DNA from: Eutreptiella sp. 'Long Island Sound 2002'
Lineage: Eukaryota > Protista > Euglenida
Assembly: GCA_964036045.1 (NCBI GenBank)
Contig: OZ038378.1
Location: forward strand, 30,132,001-30,196,000
DNA length: 64,000 nt
Direction of reading: 5' to 3'
The notes beneath the pieces were generated by a model. The model saw only the letters and a list, made by a program, of their open reading frames with translations. It had not been told where the DNA came from and did no database searches. Both the position numbers and the translations under genes were made by a program. Positions 48,320 through 57,650 of this stretch are shown one piece after another (within the stretch, counting starts at the first letter, position 1; the number at the start of each line of letters is the position of its first letter).

Positions 48320-49332
48320 TCAGTCGCTCTCGACTGGGCACTGGAACCACCAGTGATTGACTCGGCACACATCGCAGGGATATCGCGGGGGCTTCCCTGT
48401 TTTGAGCACCTTGCCGCCTTTGGACTCGTACGTCTCTTCGGGTGTTCCAATGTTGGTGAAGCGGTCCTTCACTCGCTCCCTCCGCCTGTCCTGCACGTGC
48501 TGCGGAGCCAATTTTCCCGTCTTCGGCCTGGTCTTCGCTCCCTCCTCCTTGAGGTTCGCCTTCTCCGAGCCCCTGGCCTCGTTTGCTCCGTCCGCGGCTC
48601 GAGCCTCCAGCTGCGCCTTGACTTCTTCCTTTTCGACCTCGAACAGCAGGTGGGACCACACTTCGGACAGGGCCTTCATGCCCGCCTCGTACTCAGACTC
48701 CAGCATGCTTTGCAGATTCTCCGCCGCCCAGCCTGCCATCGCCCCCGCCATCGCTCTTGCCCAGGCTGGTTTCGCCTCGTTGGCCTCCATCTCCTGTCCC
48801 GCCTCAAGTACGAAAATCACCTGCCGCAGCTGCGGCACTGCCTTGGACGCTCGGAGCTCTTGTATCGTTTTTAGTTGTTGCTCCATTACGAGCTTCATGT
48901 CCTCCATTTCTTGGCGTATTTTCTCGATGTCCGCGTGCACCCCTTTGTGGTTTGGCGACCCGCTGGCACTGGAGTTGCCCCCAATTGACACCACGTCCGC
49001 GGGGTTCTTCTCCGGGGATCCCGTTCCCTGCGATCACTTGGGCATGCGGACATGTAGAATGTGCAGTCGTTCCAGTTGAAGGTCCGCTTGTGGAGGGTCC
49101 CGAAGGCCACGACTTGCTCGTAGATGCCCTCCATGGATCCCTTCAGTCCATACTTCTGTCTCAGCCGATCTGCCAGTTCAACGGTATCGATTCCCGCTGT
49201 CTTTGCCGCCGTCACGAGTCTGTCCGTGTCTTGCTGAAGCGTAGACGCGTTTAGTAGTTGCGTGGCCAGTTTATGCTGGCCCTGCTCGAGGTAATCCTCA
49301 AAGCTGATCGGCTGGTTCTCAGACTCAGGCAT
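48320..49332 (-). CDS. Gag-like protein with C-terminal zinc knuckle (one frameshift between ORFs 48895-49365 and 48320-48994)
   Basis: ATG at 49332-49330 just inside repeat A1; coiled-coil-like middle; CDVCRVNHWWFQC (CX2CX3HX4C) at the C terminus. Confidence 0.75.
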
Positions 49333-49340
49333 GGTCAGGA

Positions 49341-49446
49341 CGACGGCACACCACAAAACAAACAAACACTAGGCGAGTGTTCACGAGGTGCCCTCCTCCC
49401 ACCCCCTTGCCCAATTTAAACTCAAGTTTACTGCATAAACTTTAGT
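49341..49446. repeat. YR element terminal repeat A1
   Basis: Near identical to 44097-44200 (only a 2-bp difference in a C-run seen). Confidence 0.95.
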
Positions 49447-50260
49447 CTGACTCGAGCAGTGTTTTCCACTTCTTTTCTGCATCTTGCAGCAGCGTGCTGC
49501 AAATCTCGGATAAGTCTTCATCGTCCCTGGGGGGGGGGGGGCTGAATGGGCTCAGTTTTTGCATTTTGACCACCCTCTGTCTTGGGCCTAGGAGGTCCAG
49601 CGTGTATCGAACCGCCACGTGACCGGGCAGCCCATATTCTTTTACCTCCTCTTCCCGCGTCATGGATCCCGCGTGCCGTGGGTCAATTAGCAGCGCTTCA
49701 ATGCGAGATAAAGAGCCGTCTGTATGTATGTATCGACCCACGCACTGTGTGTCATGTATCTGGCTATGAGCCACATCTGCTACTAACCAGCCATCTGCCA
49801 CAACAGTCAGTGGTGCGGGGGGGATTTTGGTTAGGGCATTAAAATCAAAATTGGCATTGGTGAATATGATCTGGCCTGCATTGCCCAGGCCACTGGAATA
49901 GCAGATCACTGCCTCCCATAGTTCTGTATTGAGGGTGGGGTTGCCGGCGATCCCATATAGGGGGAGTCTTTGCACTGCGCGCGCACTTCGCGCTACTTTT
50001 AGACTATGTTCCCCCCGAAGAGCCCCCAAGCACCACCCTTGGAAACGCCCTTAGAATTAGGTGACCCAAACCGCCCCAGCTCAAGAAAGTTGCAAACTAC
50101 CTTCCCTTCACATAACACACATCATGCACAACTGGAAAAGCCATGAGCAGCGCATTGGTCGCCACCCTCAAGAACACATAACTGTCTCTCTGTTCCATTG
50201 TCAACTAAGTACACATTGAGAATACGCAACTTGTGTGCACAACATGACACAGTTGCAGAA

Positions 50261-50960
50261 TCAAACAAAGGTCACATTGTCACATGTGTGTGTGTCAATG
50301 CAATCCGTACAATATTGCAGCTCACACTTGTCACACATGGACATCTTCTCAGGGTCAGACTTGGTGCAACAAAGGGAACAAACATCCCCATCATCACCCA
50401 CAACATCCTCATCATCGTTGTCCTCCTGTGTAGGTGCGGTCCATACATGTGCAGGTACGTGTTCCCACGGACCATAGGGAGGGTACCGTACCTGTCTTCG
50501 AATCAAAAATTGCTGCACATGCAAGAGTACACGCACGTACTCATGCAACTCCGTACCGGATCACCTCCATATGTTCCTTACGATGCCCCAGTGCCACAGG
50601 CGTGCAAACAAGTGCTCAATGTGTGCCCTATAGAAACCATGAACATCATTGTACTCCTTTTGCCGCTCGGTCAACGTCTTTCGACCGATAAATGGCCATG
50701 CCACATGGAGGCGCCCCTTGTATGCACCATCCATGGAGCCAATCTCATAATCCATATAATGTCCCTTCACCCTTTTGGGCCCCTCGCGATCCCAAATGAG
50801 AACATCTGCCGATGTCCCCGGGGCCAACGGACAAATCCAACCGATGTTGCCCAAGCTGTCAATGGCAACCGTAACTTTGTATACGCACCCGGCGTAGTTA
50901 GGATTAAACAAGACATCGCAAAGGATGCCTCCTATGGATGCGTGGATTGTGAGTCCCTAA
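50261..50960 (-). pseudogene. DDE_Tnp_4-type (PIF/Harbinger/IS5-like) transposase, N-truncated, with C-terminal Cys-rich Zn finger
   Basis: GTH..RIHR (first-D region, frameshifted), YKVTVAIDSLGNI..PG..AD, MDGAY, YNDVHGFYRAHIEHLFARL. After one in-frame TGA at 50561-50563 the frame continues to CSLC-x11-CDKC-x4-CTDC-x3-HTC. Confidence 0.82.
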
Positions 50961-51083
50961 CCCCAACTCGAGGGGCCACACAACAAAGCGTGGATTGTGA
51001 GTCCCTAACCCCAACTCGAGGGGCCACGCAACAAAGCGTGGATTGTGAGTCCCTAACCCCAACTCGAGGGGCCACGCAACAAA
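50940..51083. repeat. 3 x 48-bp tandem repeat at the transposase truncation point
   Basis: Units start at 50940, 50988 and 51036; near identical. Confidence 0.95.
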
Positions 51084-51752
51084 GCGTGGAATCAAAGATT
51101 GTCCGCTTTCCTCAATAGCACCGGAAGGTTGGGGCCCAAAAGAGGGCGGAAACGCTACGTCACCCCTGCATTCTCGGGGGTCCCCAACAAAGGGAACAAT
51201 AACAGAAGACAAAGTCTACGCTAGGGGTCACCATGATGCTCCACGCAACAAAGCGTGGAATCAAAGATTGTCCCGGTTTCCTCAATAGCACCGGAAGGTT
51301 GGGGCCCAAAAGAGGGCGGAAATGCTACGTCACCCCTGCATTCTCGGGGGTCCCCAAACAACGGGGGACAAAATCAGAAGTCAAAACGTACGCTAGGGGT
51401 CACCATGATGCTCCTAATATCAAAGCGTGTATTCAAAGATTGTCCCAGTTTCCTCAATAGCACCGGAAGGTTGGAGCCCAAAAGAGGGCGGAAATGCTTC
51501 GTCACCCCTGCTTTCTTGGGGGTCCCCAACAAAGGGAACAAAATCAGAAGTCAAAACCTACGCTAGGGGTCACCATGATGCGCCACGCAACAAAGCGTGG
51601 ATTCAAAGATTGTCCCGGTTTCCTCAATAGCACCGGAAGGTTGGGGCCCAACAGAGGGCGGAAATGCTACATCACCCCTGCATTCTCGGGGGTCCCCAAC
51701 AAAGGGGGACAAAATGAGAACTCAAAACCTCCGCTACGGGTCACCATGATGC
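51084..51752. repeat. 4 x about 170-bp tandem repeat in the subterminal region of the transposon
   Basis: Units start at 51084, 51253, 51425 and 51595 with GCGTG(G/T)A.TCAAAGATTGTCC. Confidence 0.95.
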
Positions 51753-52215
51753 CCCTTGGGGCCCCTAGTATCTCAAAGTATGGGTCTCTAGTACGGCCAG
51801 ACGCCCAAATAGTGGCACTGCGCGCGCATTGCGCTTGAGGCGCCCCCATATGACTTGTTGATTTATATACTCGTCTCCCTTCCCTGTCCCTGCAATTACA
51901 TGCAGCCCCGGCCTGAATGCCATAGCTTTTGTTGCAGGGGGTCGTCTTCACTGGTGTCTGCCTTGCAGCAAATCCATCCTTTTTTGCAGAGAAGCCCCAC
52001 GCCTCCTTGCGGTGCTCCCCAGATCCCCCCCGTGGGCGACCCCAGTGGGCTGCCCCAAAAGTATTCCCACCCTTCCTCCTATGCAGGCGCTTGCATGCAG
52101 CGCTGGCCAAAAGGGTCAATCTAGTTTCCTGGAGACCGATAAAGTCAGCACTGAAGCCGAAAACGGACTTGTAGTGCGCTCTGAGAGGAGTCATGTCGGC
52201 ATTAATGAATGAAAT

Positions 52216-52242
52216 AGGCCCAGGGTTGGGGCTCACATCACC
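52216..52242 (-). other. 2A-like (StopGo) motif variant GDVSPNPGP at the N terminus of the APE
   Basis: PLVTILVCGDVSPNPGP immediately precedes the endonuclease. The consensus is D(V/I)ExNPGP, so the conserved E is replaced by S. Confidence 0.7.
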
Positions 52243-52522
52243 GCACACCAAAATGGTTACAAGAGGTCTGTGTCGGCACTGTTTGTGACTTCCACGTCCA
52301 CCGCCATAGAGTTTGCTGGCTTGGCACAGCCGACAACTGCCAGTAGCGTGGCATCTTTCCTACTGAGCGATATTCTTGCCTTGTCGTTGTCCTGACCACT
52401 TTCTGCCATGATCTCTCGCGGAGGCGCGTGTCGTTGGTGGGGGCCTTCAACCCTTCCCATCCTGCGGGTATCCGTGTGAGCTCGACATCGTATACCGGCC
52501 GGACCAGCCCAGATCTCTGCAA

Positions 52523-52551
52523 GTGTGTGTGTGTGTGTGTGTGCGCGCGCG
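52523..52551. repeat. (GT)n(GC)n microsatellite at the 5' boundary of LINE C
   Basis: 10 GT units followed by GC units. Confidence 0.9.
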
Positions 52552-53031
52552 CCATGGTATTGATTTCAATCATGCTCCAACTACGAGGTTCAACTCCTAC
52601 AATCCTATCGTTGCTACAAACCATCAATTCAATGTTCAAGCGCTACAGTAGGCCGCCCTGGTGGGCTGGAGGCCACGGCTCCTGCCATGGAACCCTGCCA
52701 CAGCGCAACAACACACACATTGCATGTGTGTGTGCATGCCCTACCACTCCCCACAGCCCATCCCCACACATCGCTGGCCACGCTAGGGGCAGGGTGGGAG
52801 CTGGGGGTTGGAATGGTTGCAGTCCAGGCATGAGACTCATCCTATGCCGAGATAGGGCTAGCGGGAACATGTGTAAAGAAAGATACTACAGAATCACCGC
52901 AATGAACAAACCACATCAGATCAGGAGAGGGAGGCTAGTGGTAGACACAAAGCACAGGAGGTGTGTGCGCATTGCCAATTGCCCCGCCACGGGGGTGTAT
53001 TCAACGCAATCAGGTCTCGCCTGTGCCTCGT

Positions 53032-53033
<2 letters not shown>

Positions 53034-53078
<45 letters not shown>
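53034..53078. repeat. (GT)22 microsatellite
   Basis: Perfect GT run. Confidence 0.97.
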
Positions 53079-53079
<1 letters not shown>

Positions 53080-55859
53080 ATGTGTGTGCTTGTGTGCTTG
53101 TGTGCGTGGATGAATGGAGTCCTCAATCAAACTGCGAGATCCACCTCCTATGTTCCAACTGCATCTGCAAAACCATGGGTCCAAAAGCATGGTGGGCTTG
53201 CAGGGCCCAAGCACACTGATTCACAGCTTCCTCACCTTATGCAACGCTACTCCCAACCTCCTTATTCACGGGTGGTTGCATGTTCACGTGGTCACATGGG
53301 TGGTCACGAGGGATGCGAAGCTTTTCTTCCTAGGTTTCTGCAAAATCACCATATGTCATTGGCAGCATGAAAGACAAGGGTCCAGCTGACCTATGTCGGG
53401 GCATTGAGCGTGCTGTATACTCCAGTAGTCCAGGGTGTCGGCATGTGAAGATGGCTTGTGGCTTACAGCCAAGCGGACTTGCAACAGTGGATATTCAAGC
53501 CAGTTGATGCAGACGCAGGGACTGCTTTGGTGCGTTGCGGGAGGCACACAGTGTGGCTCGGCCAAGGCAGCAGGACTGAACTCGGGGTCGATACATCCGA
53601 GCTTGCACAGGACTAGCTGTGGTACAGCCAACAGTGCCGTATCCCTGGTCAGCAGTGCTTGGGCTATGGAGCCCCAACAGGGCCCCATGGTCGGATGCAT
53701 CAACAGGAGTAGACAAAAGCAATTGAGGGGCACTTCAAAATTCATACCTTTCCAATGTGCAAGCATATTCTGCATGTCAACAATGGGGAAGAAAGCAGCA
53801 AGAGGGTGGACCCCCCCCCAACCCCACCTTAAGCAAAGGTCTGCCCTTTTGGCCACCAACTAATTCCGATTGCCCCCCCGACCCAAAAAAAATTACATAC
53901 CGAGCCTTAAAAATAGCTGTCAAAAATGCGTCAAGATTTTTGGGTCGGAATTCATTCATCATAATTTTCATCCGACAGAACCCCCCCCCCCCCCGGTAAT
54001 TGTTACTGCCTGCGGCTAATTGTTGGAGATTGGTGGACGCTTGCTGATTCCTGTAGGCCCCCAGGGGGCAGGCAGGTACGGGTGGGTGTCGGGCAATTCG
54101 CGAGCAATCAGCGATGAATTTGCGAGGGACCGGCATGTGGCCAGTAGCAACCGAAAGTCCGCTCAGGCATGCCAGAGAGTCCCGAGGGAAGGAACACACA
54201 TTTTACAGTTTAGCACGTGAGCCGAATGTGTGTGACCTGCACACGTGCAGCCCTGCCGGGCCACGTTCAGCTAGACGTCCCACGCTCCACACTGGGTGAG
54301 AGGCTCTGCTGCCTCTTTTTTTTGGGGGGGGGGAGGGGGGGGCAGACCAAGATGAGTTGGCGCTCACTGTATGGTACTCGACCAAGGTTCAGAGCTGTCC
54401 ACTTCTATGATGATCCCACAAATGACTGCGACAGCGGATCTGACACGCACTGAGGGTGAGCTGAGCCTGATACCAGATTATGCAGTGGGAAACAGCCCAT
54501 GGGCTTCCCAGTGTGCACACGTGGCACTGGGTGAGGGGCTCTGCCCCCTCTCTGTCAGGTCTGACATGGCTTGGCCGTGCAATCCTTGACGTTTTGTGCA
54601 TCCAGCACTGGCTGTCTGCATGCTATACCCCTGGGTACAGTGCCAAGCAGTCCGACAAGTCCCGAGCGAAGCCGCCAACAATCGCAGTCTGGGGGGCTGA
54701 GGTAGCGTCTGGGTGCATGGGGCATGTCGCACCACCCCACATCCCTGCGATTGCACTGTCGGGCCAGACTTGTCGAGACACAGGGACGCAATAATCCCAG
54801 ACACACTTCTTCGCTGAGGTTAGGATTGCAGTTGGGAACATAAGGGGACGGAAGTCCAGGGAGGGTGGGAAGTAAGTGGGGCTCTACTCTTTTCTTCCTG
54901 CAGCAAGGGCGGGGGAGTCTGGCCGTAGTGGGCAAAGCAAAGATCCACCATGGCACTAGAGAGAAACTCGGTGAAGAGCATCAGAGCTCACAAGTTCTGC
55001 GAATCCCGGACGATGAACGGGCATGAGGTGCAGTGTGGTGCAGCTACACCTGACACCCAAACGTGTTGGGGGGTCGAAAGTGTGCGGCTCTATTGCGAAC
55101 AGGTTTCCGAAGGGTGTTGCATTCCTTTTTGGCTGTTCCATGATCAACATTGGGAGTATTCGAGATGGCAGTGCTTTTTGTACCATAGACGCAGGAGCGA
55201 CCTCGTGGTACAAAGAGACAACATGCCATATCGAGGGTAGTACGAACGGGCGTCCTTAAAGAAGCACCGTGCTGCCCAACTAGCGATCTGTTGTCCTTTG
55301 GCAATTACAGCAAATGTCTGTGACCTGCCATGGGCAGGCCACCTCAGTTGAGTCAAATACACCAGAGCCTCTTGCTCTACCGGCAAAGTGGGAACCTCGG
55401 TGCAATACTTTTTGCAGCCAGGACACTGGGGGCCGAGCACCACAGCGCCCATGCGCGAGGCTCGAGGACATGCCATCCCCGCTTGTCAGTTACCTGCCTG
55501 GTCAGCAGCAGTGCAGAGGCAGCAGCAACTATGGATTCGCTCACTGGTCAGTGCTGCTGTCGCTGTCAGTCTTCATGTGCAGAAGACTATCACTTAACAT
55601 TTTGTGTGGCCTGTGTGGCCCGCTTCCTGTTGAGGCCATAACCCACTATTGCTGTTCAGCTCAGATAGCGCCCGCCGGCACCACCACCGCCACCGCCACC
55701 GCAGTATCCCTAATTGTTGCCACATGCGTCCCTTATTGTTGGTGAGGCAGGAGGAGGAAGTGTCGACAAAACCACCCCTTTTCGAAGTGCCCTGGTAAGG
55801 GGATGCCCTGCCTTGTTTACAAAAGTGTTGGGTTTCTCTTCTTCTTCTTTCTCTTTTTT

Positions 55860-55939
55860 TTTGTGCGCCCAGTGCAAAGTCAGGGTGTACTCCCGAGGCT
55901 TTGTGCGCCCAGTGCAAAGTCAGGGTGTACTCCCGAGGC
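55860..55939. repeat. Perfect 40-bp tandem duplication
   Basis: TTTGTGCGCCCAGTGCAAAGTCAGGGTGTACTCCCGAGGC twice. Confidence 0.95.
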
Positions 55940-56279
55940 AACTGAAATGGACATCAATGGAGTATGGGGGCTTACAGGGCGATGCTACGGTTGCCATGTG
56001 AGGCTGCTTATTGTCTTTATGTATTGGGTGATAACTTACAAATGGGACCATTTGCCTTTTGGCAATTCTTAGCGTACAGAACCCACACATCAGCACACGG
56101 TTCCGGTCTTACCAGAAGTATGCATATGTCTCGGACGACAGAATCCTGGTCTTGACAGGGCCCTAGCAATCCCCCCCCCCCCCCGGGCCTTTTGTGCAAC
56201 CTGGCCGCCACCCAGAGTAGTGCCGGGTAAAGCTCCAGGTCCAGAGGACCAGCAGGATTGTCGTGCCATGCAACTGATG

Positions 56280-57650
56280 TTCACCAGCCAGCAGTGACCA
56301 AGGACCAGCGCTGGCAAACATCAAAACCTAAGGTTTCACCCAGGCAGGACAGGTGAACAAGCCTGAGAAGTTGTCTCAATGGTGCAGCACACCGGCCCCA
56401 TCTGGGAACCTCCTCAGGCAACATGCTTCTCCTGCGGCATGCCGCACCATTCAGAATCAAAACGTTAATGGTATGCATGTGGTGTGGTCGAACACAGTCG
56501 CGTAGCACTGTTCGGCATCCACTCCATTCCATTGCTTTGTCTCCACCGAGACCGATGGTTTGGTGGCGAGGTATGCAAGGAAGACTCGGAATCATGTGTT
56601 GAGAGAGCAAGACACAGGGTCTCCCATACCGCAGCACCGTAGCGGTCAGGGGACCCTGACCCAAACCAAACCAAACACACCTCAGTGCAATCTGGGCCGC
56701 CAAGGTTATATACACCTTCAGGGAGTGACGACCGAAAAAGTCAAAAGAAGCAGTCAGAACCGAGGGACAGGGCAGTGTCCACCCCATTCAACATGGTTGT
56801 GCGGTCTGATGTGTTTTCATTTTGTTGGTCCGGCCTCAGTGGGCAGAGCAAGGCTCCACGACGGCAAACACCTCTTTGTAGTGTTTTGATGGATTTGCAC
56901 AGTTGAGCACTCGCAGGGAGGTATTAATGAGGCCACGATCAATTCAATCCTTCTCCGAAGTGCGTACCAGCGACACAGCAGGCAATGTTCTGAATGCTGT
57001 GAACGGGCCTGCTTTGCTGCAGCTAACAAACACTTGTGTAAGTGTGTATGTGTGTGTGCGTGTGTGGGTGGGTTGGGGGCGCAGAGAAGGAATTAGCAGG
57101 ATTCAGTGGTGTCCCGTAGCCAACAGCTGGCTGGTAGACAGCAGCTCGTGACCCTGGTACTTGGCCATAATGCCATTGTTGGGCTGACAGTTCACAGAAC
57201 GTTGTTGTTGAGGTGGGAAATTTGATCATCGTATCTTGATGGGTTGGATGGCAGCGGGGGTGGGAGCGGGTGCATGGCACCTCTTGATCATTTTCGGGTA
57301 ACATATCTGATTTCTGGGGGGTTGCCCACTTGGCCTCAATCTGTGCCGCCTGGAAACACCCCTCAAACCCTTCAAAGCGGGAGGGAAGCCTCTAGCACAC
57401 TAAAATCCCAGCATTCCTCCTTCACCTCTTGGTTCAAGTCAGGTGCATGCAACAATGGTGCAGTTGTCATTGAATCTCTGTGTAGCCCTCCTCTCGCGCA
57501 AACTGCGGGAAAGGGGCAAAAAGCTGCAGAAAGGACATGGCGATGGATTTTCACAAACTGGGGGGCGCGTGTGTCCCTCAGGCATTCGTGGCCTCATATG
57601 CTGGTGTGCGCACTCCACATGGCGCTGCTCGTATGCTGTAGGTATTGCCA
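56280..57650 (-). mobile_element. Possible very old non-LTR RT remnant
   Basis: Weak motifs in the expected order: VLSAAFCPF (motif 3-like), RGVFPGG (motif 4-like), RYDD (motif 5-like), IGLGG (thumb end). Each alone could be chance. Confidence 0.3.

Larger units (their letters stand above)
43689..49446 (-). mobile_element. Tyrosine-recombinase (DIRS-order) retrotransposon, VIPER/TATE-like gene order gag-YR-RT-RH, near complete
   Basis: Split direct repeats A1 49341-49446, B1 44199-44397, A2 44097-44200, B2 43689-43888. No TSD; a GT core is shared by both ends and the internal junction. YR, RT and RH motifs are all present. Confidence 0.93.
49960..51847 (-). mobile_element. PIF/Harbinger-like DNA transposon derivative (1888 bp), TSD ATA, inserted in the APE of LINE C
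   Basis: ATA at 49957-49959 and 51848-51850; short imperfect TIRs GGGGGAGTCT / GGGGGCGCCT; internal DDE transposase remnant. Confidence 0.88.
39450..52520 (-). mobile_element. Non-LTR retrotransposon family C (2A-like - APE - RT - zinc finger), near full length (about 4.7 kb net), split by four nested insertions
   Basis: APE GLQETRL (ORF 51667-52251) and YG/DFN motifs (49442-49957). RT GYVSLIPKGEG..RPLSVLS (ORF 41861-42340), GILQGCQLSVILF (ORF 41346-41618), GYADDTY (ORF 41111-41449). Finger CPYCKATDETEEHILWHC (ORF 40216-40851). Reading frames rejoin across the insertions (PPVV-M-LQDP; LLESD-TGVDV). Confidence 0.9.

Noticed and set aside
46810-48874. Long alternative-frame and antisense ORFs over the YR element (46929-48125 +, 46810-47739 -, 48357-49079 +, 48287-48874 +)
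   Set aside because: GC-rich shadow frames of gag and YR with no motifs of their own.
50940-51752. CRISPR-like repeats (48 bp and 170 bp)
   Set aside because: Whole units are repeated head to tail with no variable spacers.
54555-55480. Additional LINE remnant (thumb-like and CPMHP finger-like strings)
   Set aside because: Motifs are too degenerate to call without a profile search.
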